Shown piece by piece: positions 41,201 to 50,127 of a DNA stretch of 64,000 nucleotides. The DNA is from Verrucomicrobiales bacterium (lineage in GTDB: Bacteria; Verrucomicrobiota; Verrucomicrobiia; Verrucomicrobiales; V1-33). The translations under genes were made by a program, and so were the position numbers. Numbering within the stretch: position 1 is the stretch's first letter; the number at the start of each line of letters is the position of its first letter. The stretch is taken from the NCBI GenBank assembly GCA_031411295.1, contig JANOAV010000038.1, positions 50,918 through 114,917 on the forward strand, written 5' to 3'. The notes under the pieces are model-generated. The model made no database searches, was not told the origin of the DNA, and saw nothing but the letters and a program-made list of their open reading frames with translations.

Positions 41201-41467
41201 GATCTCAAGGCCGCCGTGATTGCTGGTGCCCGTCTGCGCTTGCGCCCCAAGGTCATGACCGTGGCCACGATCGTCGCCAGCTTACTCCCGATTATGTGGA
41301 GCCACGGACCGGGCGCAGAGGTCATGCGCCCACTGGCCACGCCGATTCTCGGGGGGATGGTTAGCAGTCTGATCCATATCTTGGTGGTGACGCCAGTGCT
41401 ATTTGTTTGGCTGCACGGTCGCAAGGAGGCTTTCTCCGCACCGGCTCAGAGTTATGTTGTTAGTTGA
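38285..41467 (+). CDS. cusA: CusA-family heavy-metal efflux RND permease
   Basis: VDALPDLSENQVIV, GPDATGLGWVYQY, AIAIGVLVDAAIV, EFMPPLNEG, TDPAPIEMIET and RLRPKVMT motifs. Confidence 0.93.
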   Translation: MINHLIEWSLRNRFLVVGLTLLLIGAGIRAMWSTPVDALPDLSENQVIVSADWMGRGPQEVEAQVTQPLSLHLQGLGGIKSVRATSMFGFALVNLIFEDSVSSESARQRVLERLNALRGKLPAGVAPTLGPDATGLGWVYQYYLAVDPAMSGRDGYDLGSLRALQDSFVRPQLSSVAGVAEVGSVGGFVKQYQIEVDSAKMRNAGVSLTQVMDAVSQSNLNVGGKTIEENGMEFIVRGVGLLHGPEEIENLTVAEQDDKITRLQDVARVELGGDFRRGTLDVMGHEVVGGTVVMRLGENASAVIQRVKTKVEQLQASLPEGVRITAFYDRSELIDRTIATLRSTLRGEILLVTLAHILFLFHFRSILIVILPLPVSILISFILMRQVGISSNLMSLSGIAIAIGVLVDAAIVITENVIRHCEQATVRKGSALTTAETWQTVLVSAQQVGRPIFFAMAIIILAFVPVFALTGVEGKLFHPLAFTKTFAMIGSTLLAVTIVPVLCTWLVRGPFHAEERNVVMRGMLRLYDPVLEFALSHRKFVLGCAGIVLLGALSLIPQMGREFMPPLNEGSLLYMPSYVPATALSEVKRAMAWQDQVLATFPEVQSAVGKLGRVDTATDPAPIEMIETTIMLKPESAWREGMTREKLVAEMTAAMRQIPGSVPGFLQPIEGRVLMISTGIRAQLGVKIFGNNLEELQRAAASVQQVVQLVPGAMGVASSRIQGKPYLEIRVNREAANRYGLSAQQVLDAVEVGIGGKEVTSVIDGRNRIPVQVRLQRSEREDLTRLQAVLVTSATGKVVPLGVVAEIVRVEGPNEISSEYGRLRAYVQANVSGRDLGGFVEEVKSKLATKVLPSLAAKGMTLEYSGTYENQIHAASTLRWIVPTVLGIIFLLLLMLYRKAAEAAHVLLAVPFALSGGVMLQYALGWNFSVAVWVGYIALFGTAIQTAVVMVVYLEEAVEHKRKQLGCAFTQADLKAAVIAGARLRLRPKVMTVATIVASLLPIMWSHGPGAEVMRPLATPILGGMVSSLIHILVVTPVLFVWLHGRKEAFSAPAQSYVVS

Positions 41468-41544
41468 TTTCGATCTGGATTCGCAGGGAAAGATAAATTG
41501 TCGATTTGGCTGGCCAGATGGGACAAAGCGGGGCTTATGGTGGC

Positions 41545-42147
41545 ATGCAGGAACTAATGGAGGCGATGGAACAACGTGGCTGGGCGCAGATGGCTGGGTG
41601 GGCGAGTGCTGTGGACTCGCTAGGACTGCGTCAGGAATGTGAGGCGGCCTGTGACCGTGGAGATTTTCGGCGGGCCGGAGTGGGGAAGGGCGTTGGATTG
41701 GAAGTGAGAGATGAGATTCGCCAGGACCACGTGCTGTGGCTGGAAGCTGGGGATGACTCGGAGCAGCAGGGGAAATTCCTCGCCAGCCTGGAACTGCTGC
41801 GTTTGGCCCTGAATCGACATTTCTTCCTCGGACTCTTTGGGTTCGATGGCCACTTCGCGATCTATCCAGTGGGTGCGTTTTACAAAGCGCACTTGGATCG
41901 CCCCACCGGCACAAGCGACCGTTTGGTGACTGCGATCCTCTATTTAAATGAAGATTGGCAACCCGGGGACGGCGGGGAATTGAAACTATGGACGACCGCA
42001 GGGGACCGGGACGGGGCCTTCGTGTTGATCGAGCCTCGGCTTGGCACTTTGGTATGTTTCCTAGCCGAAAACCATTGGCATGAAGTCATGCCAACGAAGA
42101 AGGTTCGACGCAGCATTACGGGCTGGTTTTCGCAGGCTGCGCGTTAG
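41545..42147 (+). CDS. 2OG-Fe(II) oxygenase (SM-20/prolyl hydroxylase-like)
   Basis: YKAHLD, YLNEDW..GDGGEL and HEV..RRSITGW motifs. Confidence 0.9.
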   Translation: MQELMEAMEQRGWAQMAGWASAVDSLGLRQECEAACDRGDFRRAGVGKGVGLEVRDEIRQDHVLWLEAGDDSEQQGKFLASLELLRLALNRHFFLGLFGFDGHFAIYPVGAFYKAHLDRPTGTSDRLVTAILYLNEDWQPGDGGELKLWTTAGDRDGAFVLIEPRLGTLVCFLAENHWHEVMPTKKVRRSITGWFSQAAR

Positions 42148-42150
42148 GGA

Positions 42151-43428
42151 TTACTTCAGCAGGTGGCCCATTTTAGACTTCTTGGTGCTGAGATAGTGCT
42201 GGTTGTGTTCGTTAGGCACCTGTTGAATGGGCACTTGCTCCACCACCTCTAGATTGTGACCGCCCAAGCCCACAATCTTTCGTGGGTTGTTCGTCATGAG
42301 GCGGATTTTGCGCACGCCGAGGTCATGCAGAATTTGCGCTCCCACGCCATAGTCGCGCAGGTCCATGGGAAAGCCGAGTTTGATGTTAGCTTCCACGGTG
42401 TCGTAGCCTTCTTCCTGGAGCTTATAGGCGTGGATCTTGGCAGGCAGGCCGATGCCGCGTCCCTCTTGCCGCATGTAAAGGATCACGCCGCTGCCCTCGG
42501 CTTCCACTTGCTGCATGGCGGTCTGGAGTTGGGGCCCGCAATCGCAACGCCGACTGCCGAAGACGTCGCCCGTGAGGCACTCGCTGTGCACCCTCACCAG
42601 GACGGGTTTGGAGGAGTCGATCTCCCCCTTCACCAGTGCCAGATGGTGTTGGTCGTCGATCAGGCTGCGATAGAGATAGAGTTGGAAATCTCCATAGTCC
42701 GTGGGCATGTGAATCATCTGCTCGCGCGCTACCAGCTTTTCCCGCAGGCGACGGTATTCGATGAGTTTGGCAATACTGGACACTTTGATGCCATGCTCCC
42801 TGGCAAAGATCTGCAAACGTGGCAGACGCGCGGGGATGCCCTCGGGATCGAGAATTTCAATCAACACCCCGGCCGGACGCAGTCCGGCCAGACGCGCCAA
42901 GTCACAGGATGCTTCCGTGTGGCCGGCCCGTCGGAGCACCCCGCCAGTTTTGGCAATGAGCGGGTTCACGTGGCCCGGACGAATGAAGTCACCGGGCAGA
43001 CTGTCCGCTTGCGCGAGCGTGCGGATGGTGGTGGCGCGTTCCACCGTGCTTATGCCCGTCGTGAGGCCTGCTTTGGCGTCCACGGTCACGGTGAAGTGGG
43101 TTTTGAAGTGTTCTTCATTTTTGACCACCATGCTATCGAGTCCCATGCGTTTGGCATCGGCGGGCTCAATGGAAACACAGAGCATGCCGCCAGCGGCACG
43201 CACCATGAAGTTCACCATGTCGGGTGTGATCTTCTCCGCTGCGCAGATTAGATCACCCTCGTTTTCGCGATCCTCATCATCCGTGAGGATAACCATTTTG
43301 CCCGCACGAATGTCATCCAGAATCTCTTCGATGCTGCTGAATTCTTTGCCGGCTGCGGCCTGCTTGGAGGCGGCGGTGGTCTTAGATCGAGATTTTTTTG
43401 CGGGTGTAGAGGGAATGTTGCTTGGCAT
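42151..43428 (-). CDS. ribBA: Bifunctional DHBP synthase / GTP cyclohydrolase II
   Basis: DDEDRENEGD, RAGHTEA, RVHSECLTGDVFGSRRCDCG and QEGRGIG motifs. Start is uncertain. Confidence 0.95.
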   Translation of the reverse strand: MPSNIPSTPAKKSRSKTTAASKQAAAGKEFSSIEEILDDIRAGKMVILTDDEDRENEGDLICAAEKITPDMVNFMVRAAGGMLCVSIEPADAKRMGLDSMVVKNEEHFKTHFTVTVDAKAGLTTGISTVERATTIRTLAQADSLPGDFIRPGHVNPLIAKTGGVLRRAGHTEASCDLARLAGLRPAGVLIEILDPEGIPARLPRLQIFAREHGIKVSSIAKLIEYRRLREKLVAREQMIHMPTDYGDFQLYLYRSLIDDQHHLALVKGEIDSSKPVLVRVHSECLTGDVFGSRRCDCGPQLQTAMQQVEAEGSGVILYMRQEGRGIGLPAKIHAYKLQEEGYDTVEANIKLGFPMDLRDYGVGAQILHDLGVRKIRLMTNNPRKIVGLGGHNLEVVEQVPIQQVPNEHNQHYLSTKKSKMGHLLK

Positions 43429-44059
43429 AATTTCGACTGACGCTGCCGTCTTTGGAAATGATCTTGGTTTCCCCGGAAGCGGTGCATTTGTCGCCTTTGC
43501 CGCGCAGTTCGAAGGTATCAGAGATGTCCACCGATTCCCCTTCCCGGCTCTTTTCCCAGAGCACGGCCTTGCCGTCATCCGTCAGTTGTCCTTTATATTC
43601 GCCCCAGCCATTGGAACCGAAGCTCCAAGCGCGATACTCTTCGTTCTCCGTATCGTAGGTGACATACCAGTGGTAGGTGGAGTTGACTTTGCCAGCGGTT
43701 TTGCCAGTCATTTCAAAATAGCGACCTTCGTTGGTGAAGAAGCCCTTCCATTCGTCCTTCCATTTCACGGATGCGGGGGCGCCTTCCTTGCGGAACTCTG
43801 GATTGTAGTCCACGGCTTCCTCGCCAATCCATTCGCCCTCCAGCGACTTGAAGACTGCCAACTTGGCCTGCAGCACCTCAGTTTCCTTTTGCTCGGCGGC
43901 TTTTTCTTCAGCAGATGGTTCGGATTCGGAACTCTCCTGAGTCTCGGCCTTGGGCGCGGGCTTGGCCTCTTTCTCTGCGTCTTGGGCGCGGAGAAGGCTT
44001 ACTGAAGAGATGCTGCAGAGGATGAGTGCGGCTGCGGATGGTAAGAGATGGCGGTTCAT
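43382..44059 (-). CDS. Hypothetical secreted beta-barrel-like protein (DUF1579-like)
   Basis: Signal peptide, LEGEWIG and YDTENEEYRAWSFGSNG. Confidence 0.7.
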   Translation of the reverse strand: MNRHLLPSAAALILCSISSVSLLRAQDAEKEAKPAPKAETQESSESEPSAEEKAAEQKETEVLQAKLAVFKSLEGEWIGEEAVDYNPEFRKEGAPASVKWKDEWKGFFTNEGRYFEMTGKTAGKVNSTYHWYVTYDTENEEYRAWSFGSNGWGEYKGQLTDDGKAVLWEKSREGESVDISDTFELRGKGDKCTASGETKIISKDGSVSRNYAKQHSLYTRKKISI

Positions 44060-44208
44060 GGTTAAATCTAAGCGTTGGTAAGTGGCTTGCAAGGAAGCGA
44101 TGGAGAATTTTGCTTCTGTTTGAAAAACGAATGGTAGCGACAAGAAATTAGCTTTAATTCGGGTGTTGACTACGGAAACGCTAAATTTGGCGAAAGTTTA
44201 GATCGCAA

Positions 44209-44416
44209 CTGGGGATAATGCTTCCGGCCGACTCCAGGTTTTCGATGGTCTCTTCACGAGCGGTTCCGTGCGCAACTGTGAGACAAACGCGTAGTTGCTG
44301 CGCGAAGGCATAAGTGTGCTGGCTGAAGCGGTCAGGAAAGACCGGCCCCGACCGGATACGGTAGTTTGCTTTCGGTTGGCTAGTCGAACCCGCAGCGGAA
44401 ACTCCTTGCCCGGGGG
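44209..44416. ncRNA. Candidate structured non-coding RNA, family unidentified
   Basis: About 400-bp intergenic gap with no credible ORF, nested complementary ends and several internal stems (see findings). Confidence 0.45.
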
Positions 44417-44458
44417 CCAATTTCAACCTAGGAAGCGGTTCATTCTCACTTTCTGTCA

Positions 44459-45373
44459 ATGTCTGCTTCCCACTCGTCCGCCTCATCCACCTCTCCGCCC
44501 AACAGCGGTCCCTCGAAACTTCAGGTTTTTGGGAAGCGCATGCTTAGCACGGTGATCCTGTGGGGCTTGCTGGCGGCGGCCGTGTATTTCAAAATGGGTT
44601 GGCCGTTCCACATCTTGGTTGGCGGCTTGGGATTGGCCGCCATGGCGGAGTATTTGCAGATGGATCCAGCCCTGCCCGCAGGGAATCGTCGTTGGGTGAT
44701 GCTCATGGCTGTGCTGTATTATGCCGGGGTGTTCGCTACCTCCAGCGGAGTCTGTCCGGTGCCACTGGTGGCTTGGGATGTGTTGTTCGGAATGCTCGTT
44801 TTGATCGGCGTTTTTGTGCCCGCTTTCTTCCGCCCCCTGGAAGGGCCGAAGACGCTCTGGCAGATCATGTATCCGGCCTTCGGATGGTTCTACATCATCT
44901 ATCTTTTCAGCTTCGTTACCCGCATTATTTTCCACCATTGGGATGCAGCCTTGCCTCAGGTGGGGATGCTTTATGCCCTCTTTCTCGTGGCTTCCACGAA
45001 ATTTACGGATGCCGGAGCGTATGCCATCGGCTCGCTCTGCGGGAAACATAAAATGATCCCCCATATCAGTCCTGGCAAGACTTGGGAGGGTTTGGTGGGC
45101 GCATTTCTGGGAGCCATTCTGGCCGGTGTGGTTACGAAAGCCCTCTCGGGGAACCAGTTAGTCATCCTTAGCATGACGGAGGTCGTGCTCGTTTGTGTGG
45201 TCATTGCCGTCCTCACGGTGGCGGGTGATTTGGCAGAATCACTCGTCAAACGTTGCCTCGGAATCAAAGACTCAGGACAAACGCTGCCGGGCATTGGTGG
45301 AGCCTTCGATCTCATCGATAGTCTTCTGTGGACGGCCCCAGCACTTTATCTGTATCTCATTTATGTCGGTTAG
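44459..45373 (+). CDS. cdsA: Phosphatidate cytidylyltransferase
   Basis: ISPGKTWEG and GDLAESLVKRCLGIKDSG..PGIGGAFDLIDS motifs. Confidence 0.95.
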   Translation: MSASHSSASSTSPPNSGPSKLQVFGKRMLSTVILWGLLAAAVYFKMGWPFHILVGGLGLAAMAEYLQMDPALPAGNRRWVMLMAVLYYAGVFATSSGVCPVPLVAWDVLFGMLVLIGVFVPAFFRPLEGPKTLWQIMYPAFGWFYIIYLFSFVTRIIFHHWDAALPQVGMLYALFLVASTKFTDAGAYAIGSLCGKHKMIPHISPGKTWEGLVGAFLGAILAGVVTKALSGNQLVILSMTEVVLVCVVIAVLTVAGDLAESLVKRCLGIKDSGQTLPGIGGAFDLIDSLLWTAPALYLYLIYVG

Positions 45374-46538
45374 AAAACGTCGCGTGGTCGTTCTCGGAGC
45401 CACGGGTTCCATCGGCACCAGCGCCCTCAAAGTCGCGCGGGATATTCCGGATCGGATGGAAATTGTCGGGTTGGCGGCCCAACGCAGCATCGCGCCCATG
45501 GCCATGGCCATCGCTGAGTTTGGCGTGCGTCATGCCGCCATGTGGGAGTCGTCCAGCGCGGAGGAACTACAGCACGCCGTGGGTGCCAGTTGCCAGGTTG
45601 GCTCAGGGGAAGCGGGATTGATCGAAATGGCGACCTTGGAAGAGGCTGATCTGGTGCTCATCGCCATCGTGGGCACGGCGGGGCTGAAACCCGCCCTTGC
45701 GGCCCTGGAAGCGGGCAAAGACATTGCCGTGGCCAGCAAGGAAATTTTAGTCATGGCGGGAGAGATCGTGATGGAGACCGCCCGCCGCACCGGTTGCTTG
45801 GTTCTGCCTATCGATAGCGAGCACAACGCCATTTATCAATGTCTGGAAGAACGGGAGCCCAGCGAAGTGTCCCGGCTTATCCTAACTGCGAGCGGAGGCC
45901 CTTTCCGCAACTGGAGTGCAGCGCAGATTGCTGCGGCCACCAAAGCGCAAGCGCTGAAACACCCCACCTGGGAAATGGGCCAAAAGATCACGATCGATTC
46001 CGCCACCCTGTTCAATAAAGGCCTGGAAATGATCGAAGCCCGCTGGCTCTTCGATGTCGAAATGGCCCGGGTGGACGTGATCGTGCATCCGCAAAGCATT
46101 GTTCACAGCATGGTCGAATTCATCGATGGTTCGGTCTTGGCCCAACTGAGCCACAGTGACATGTGCTTCCCCATCCAATACGCCGTCACCTGGCCCGTGC
46201 GCGTGAAGAACTCGCTGCGCCCGCTGAATTTTGCTGAGTTAGGGAAATTGGAATTCGAGGCCCCTCGCACCGACGACTTTCCTGCGTTAGACTTGGCACG
46301 CCAAGCTGGCACCGTCGGTGGCACCCTGCCTGCAGTCCTCAATGCCGCTAACGAAGTAGCCGTGGCAGCATTTCTCGCAGAACAAATTTCCTTTCCTGCG
46401 ATCTGGGAAATCGTAGCCGCGGTCATGCAAGCGCACACCGTGGTGCTCCATCCCAGCTTGAACGATATCATTGAGGCGGACGCTTGGGCCCGCCTGGAAG
46501 CCCAGCGGGAGACCGCCTGCCGCGGCGGACGGGGTTGA
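45363..46538 (+). CDS. dxr: 1-deoxy-D-xylulose-5-phosphate reductoisomerase
   Basis: LGATGSIG, PIDSEH, LTASGGPF, HPTWEMGQKITIDSAT and NAANEVAV motifs. Confidence 0.97.
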   Translation: MSVRKRRVVVLGATGSIGTSALKVARDIPDRMEIVGLAAQRSIAPMAMAIAEFGVRHAAMWESSSAEELQHAVGASCQVGSGEAGLIEMATLEEADLVLIAIVGTAGLKPALAALEAGKDIAVASKEILVMAGEIVMETARRTGCLVLPIDSEHNAIYQCLEEREPSEVSRLILTASGGPFRNWSAAQIAAATKAQALKHPTWEMGQKITIDSATLFNKGLEMIEARWLFDVEMARVDVIVHPQSIVHSMVEFIDGSVLAQLSHSDMCFPIQYAVTWPVRVKNSLRPLNFAELGKLEFEAPRTDDFPALDLARQAGTVGGTLPAVLNAANEVAVAAFLAEQISFPAIWEIVAAVMQAHTVVLHPSLNDIIEADAWARLEAQRETACRGGRG

Positions 46539-46639
46539 CATCGTTGATATTTTTGACGCGGCTGACTAATGTGCTAGCCTGACCAACTTCGTCAACCTGT
46601 CAACAAAGTCCCACCCATCCCACTCCACTTCCACCCCAC

Positions 46640-47515
46640 ATGCCTGAGTTGTTCGACAAACACGGCGGATTTCGTCGGCTGCATTCTTTCACGCTGGCCA
46701 CGATCGTGCAGATGGAGACCCTGCGGTTCTGCCGACGCTTTCTAACTTTCGACCACCGTGAGACGGGCACCAAATTCTACGACCCCAAGGGCCGCCAATA
46801 CGACCAGATGACCCAGGCCGCTCGCAGTGGGCGTCAGAACATCATTGAAGGATCGGAACGCTCATCCACTTCCAAAGACACCGAAATGAAGCTCACAGAT
46901 GTGGCCCGAGCCAGCCTCAGTGAACTGCGGGGCGACTACGAAATCTTTATCTTGGATCGGAATCAACTCCCGTGGTCAGTGCACTCGGCTGAGGCCAAGC
47001 TAGTGAATGCCATTTCGTTGGATGCCGCACCCTTTGCCAACGATATGGTCCACGAGTCCGCCAAACACGCCATCGAGCAGCGGAAGAAATACTCCCGCTG
47101 GCTGGACTCCAATGACGCGGTGGAAGTAGCCAATGCCATGCTCATCATCATTGGCCGGGCGTTGAATATGCTCAAGAGCCAGATTGAGGCGCAAGGCAAG
47201 GCGTTTGAGGAAACGGGAGGCTTCAACGAGCGCCTCATGGCGAAACGCTTGGAAGCCCGGGAAAATCAAAAAGCAGCCGTCCCGAGCCCAGACTGCCCGC
47301 AATGCGGCAAAGCCATGCGGCAACGGAAGTCCGCCAAAGGGGACTTCTGGGGTTGCTCCAGCTATCCAGAGTGCAAAGGCACCCGCGCCTGTCGAACTGT
47401 TTTGACAGGGGTGCCAAAACGGTCATCACAGTCAACTCCGTCAATGCCGTCAATCGTGTCAACTCCGTCAGTCACCCCCACGCGAGATTCCACGGCTACT
47501 GAACCGCAATTGTAA
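46640..47515 (+). CDS. Four-helix-bundle protein with suffix domain and topoisomerase-type C4 zinc finger
   Basis: DQMTQAARSGRQNIIEG..EMKLTDVARASLSEL..DYE, then CPQCGKAM..FWGCSSYPECKGTR. Confidence 0.9.
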   Translation: MPELFDKHGGFRRLHSFTLATIVQMETLRFCRRFLTFDHRETGTKFYDPKGRQYDQMTQAARSGRQNIIEGSERSSTSKDTEMKLTDVARASLSELRGDYEIFILDRNQLPWSVHSAEAKLVNAISLDAAPFANDMVHESAKHAIEQRKKYSRWLDSNDAVEVANAMLIIIGRALNMLKSQIEAQGKAFEETGGFNERLMAKRLEARENQKAAVPSPDCPQCGKAMRQRKSAKGDFWGCSSYPECKGTRACRTVLTGVPKRSSQSTPSMPSIVSTPSVTPTRDSTATEPQL

Positions 47516-47572
47516 CTCACACCGCGCAAAACTTCCTTTTGCGTCGCCCCAATCCCCCGTCACTGTAACCCC

Positions 47573-49105
47573 ATGGCGAAATTAAAATCTGGTATTTGTT
47601 ATTTGGTAGGTGCTGGCCCGGGGGATCTCGGGATGGTGACCTTGCGGGCGAAAGAGTGCATCGAGCTGGCGGATGTGATCGCCTATGATTATCTGGTAAA
47701 CCCAGAGGTGCTGGCGTGGGCGCGGCCGCAGGCGGAGATCATTTATGTGGGCAAGAAGGCGGCGGATCATGCCCTGCCGCAGGATCAGATTAACCAACTG
47801 TTGATCAAAAAAGTGCAGGAGGGCAACATTGTGACCCGCTTGAAGGGGGGCGATCCGCTGGTCTTCGGTCGTGGGGGCGAAGAGGCGGAGGAACTGGTGG
47901 AGGCCGGTTGCCGCTTCGAATTGGTGCCCGGCATCAGTTCCAGTATTGCGGGCCCGGCGTATGCGGGCATCCCGGTCACGCATCGCAAGCACAACACGCA
48001 GTTGACCATTTTCACCGGGCATGAAGATCCCACCAAGGAAACGAGTTCGCTGGACTTCAAGAAGATCGCCCAGGCGGACGGGGTCAAGGTCATGCTCATG
48101 GGCGTGCAACGGATTGGCACCCTGATGGATCAGCTCATGAGCAACGGAGCGGCCCCCGAAACACCGGTGGCGCTGGTGCGCTGGGCGACCACGGGGCGGC
48201 AGCAAACCGTGACCGGCACCATGGCGAACATTGCCGAAGTAGTGGCGGCGGCAAATTTCTCCGCCCCTGCAGTCTGCATCATGGGTGGCACCGTGACCTT
48301 GCGCGACAAGCTCCGCTGGTTCGACAACAAACCGCTCTTCGGCAAACGCATCGTCGTCACCCGCACGCGCACGCAGGCAGGCGATCTCAGCCGTCGGCTC
48401 AAGGCGCTGGGCGCGGATGTCTTCGAATTGCCAACTATCCGCATCGATCCACCGATGAACATGATGCAGTTTGGCGAATGCGTGGAGGATTGCCACAAAT
48501 ACGACTGGCTCCTCTTCACGAGCCCCAATGGCGTGGCGGCGTTCTTCGAGCTGTTCTTTAAGATCTATCGCGACGTCCGCAGCATCGGCGGGTGTCGCAT
48601 TGCCGCCATCGGGCCAGGCACCCAGAAGAAGATTCGCGAGTTCCACCTGGAGGTGGATTTCGTTCCAGAAGCCGCCGTGGCGGAATCGTTCGTGAGCGAG
48701 TTCGTGGAGCAATACGGCACGGTGGATAACACGAGTTTCCTCTGGGTCCGGGGCGAGGATGCCCGGCCGGTGATCTCCGAGGAACTCGGCAAGTTGGGGG
48801 TCATTGTGGATGAGGCGATCGCCTACCGCACACTACCGGAAACGAATGATCTGACGGGAGCGCAGAAACGTTTCCGCGAGGAAGGCGCGGATATTCTCAC
48901 GTTCGCCAGCAGCAGTGCGGTGGAAAATTTCCTCAAACTGAATCTGCCCTTGCCGCCGAACATCCAGATCGCCAGCATCGGCCCGATCACGAGCAAGACG
49001 ATTCGCGAGCATCAGTTGACAGTGGACATCGAGCCCAAGAAACAGCACGACATCCCACATCTGGTGGACGCGATCTTAGAAGCAGCCGGGAAGGCCGAGA
49101 AGTAA
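47573..49105 (+). CDS. cobA: Uroporphyrinogen-III C-methyltransferase / uroporphyrinogen-III synthase fusion
   Basis: LVGAGPGD and RLKGGDP..FGRGGEE, followed by a HemD part (VVTR, FTSPNGV, FASSSAV, SIGPITS). Confidence 0.93.
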   Translation: MAKLKSGICYLVGAGPGDLGMVTLRAKECIELADVIAYDYLVNPEVLAWARPQAEIIYVGKKAADHALPQDQINQLLIKKVQEGNIVTRLKGGDPLVFGRGGEEAEELVEAGCRFELVPGISSSIAGPAYAGIPVTHRKHNTQLTIFTGHEDPTKETSSLDFKKIAQADGVKVMLMGVQRIGTLMDQLMSNGAAPETPVALVRWATTGRQQTVTGTMANIAEVVAAANFSAPAVCIMGGTVTLRDKLRWFDNKPLFGKRIVVTRTRTQAGDLSRRLKALGADVFELPTIRIDPPMNMMQFGECVEDCHKYDWLLFTSPNGVAAFFELFFKIYRDVRSIGGCRIAAIGPGTQKKIREFHLEVDFVPEAAVAESFVSEFVEQYGTVDNTSFLWVRGEDARPVISEELGKLGVIVDEAIAYRTLPETNDLTGAQKRFREEGADILTFASSSAVENFLKLNLPLPPNIQIASIGPITSKTIREHQLTVDIEPKKQHDIPHLVDAILEAAGKAEK

Positions 49106-49138
49106 GGGCCGGCTGGCCGGGCCTGCGACCGCGGACTG

Positions 49139-50044
49139 CTATTGCCACCATTCCTTGAGTTTGGCGAAATCGCGCTTGGTGGCAGCGATGGCTGTTTCCA
49201 GATAGGAGGGTTCCTTAGCGTGCTCTTCGAGATACTCCACGTGCAGTGAGACTGGTCCCTGATAGCCGGACTTCTTGAGCATGCCCACATAATCCTTACT
49301 CACGACACCTTCGCCAAATGGGCAGGTCTCGAATCGTTTGGTGCCCCATTTGAAGTCCTTGAAGTAAGCCACACCAATGTGATCGCGCACCAGATTCACT
49401 TCCAGCGGCCAGGAGAGACTGCCTTCGATCGTGGCATGCATGATATCGAACGCGAAAGACCAGTCTTTGGCGGGATAGTCCTTCATGATGGAGAACACAT
49501 CCCACACAGGAGCCCCGACATATTCTTTGCCGGAGTGATTCTGGAAGAGTGGTTGAATGCCGATCTCTTTGCTCAGGACGATGAGGGCTTTGAATTTGGC
49601 GCTCCACGCGTCGAGTTGCGGAAGGATCGGTTGCTTGAGATCATACTTGCAGAACCCCATGCGATACCGCTGCACGCCGAGGGCCTTGGCCGTGCGGAGG
49701 ACTTTTTCGGTGTGCTGCGCAGCGCTGACTTCCGTGATTCCAGAGGTTAGAATGGCAAGGTTGCAGCCGGATTTTTTCAGGGCATCCACGAGCTTCGGCA
49801 GATCTTCCTCCACCCGCTCCGGCTCCACCTGGCCGCCCGGTCGCACTGGGGCTTCGATGCCAGTGGCGCCAATACTGGCAGTGATATCGGCTAGCTTGTT
49901 AAACTCCATGCCGGGAAAATGTTTTGAGAAGAAGCAAAATTTCTGCGGCCCTTCAGTTGGTTGGGCCGTGCTGTTGAGGGTGCTGCATGCGGCGGTCGCG
50001 CTGGTGAGCGCGGCTTGCTTGAGGAAATGGCGTCGAGTTTGCAT
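49139..50044 (-). CDS. Tat-exported sugar phosphate isomerase/epimerase (xylose isomerase-like TIM barrel)
   Basis: TRRHFLK signal; FSKH, QNHSG, FDIMH, KDF and SLHVEY motifs. Confidence 0.85.
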   Translation of the reverse strand: MQTRRHFLKQAALTSATAACSTLNSTAQPTEGPQKFCFFSKHFPGMEFNKLADITASIGATGIEAPVRPGGQVEPERVEEDLPKLVDALKKSGCNLAILTSGITEVSAAQHTEKVLRTAKALGVQRYRMGFCKYDLKQPILPQLDAWSAKFKALIVLSKEIGIQPLFQNHSGKEYVGAPVWDVFSIMKDYPAKDWSFAFDIMHATIEGSLSWPLEVNLVRDHIGVAYFKDFKWGTKRFETCPFGEGVVSKDYVGMLKKSGYQGPVSLHVEYLEEHAKEPSYLETAIAATKRDFAKLKEWWQ

Positions 50045-50127
50045 GTGATAGTTGGGATGGCGAAGGTTATAGAATTTTGGCGTAGGAAACCTGCAGCAAT
50101 GGAAATGGAGCTAGCCGTTCCGTGGGA

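Noticed and set aside
46640..47515. Diversity-generating retroelement (Avd-like four-helix bundle) or 23S rRNA intervening sequence
   Set aside because: There is no reverse transcriptase, no TR/VR pair and no rRNA in the window.
42256..48712. Long opposite-strand ORFs (42256..43251, 42761..44005, 47582..48712)
   Set aside because: They are antisense to ribBA, its neighbour and cobA/hemD, as is typical in GC-rich DNA.
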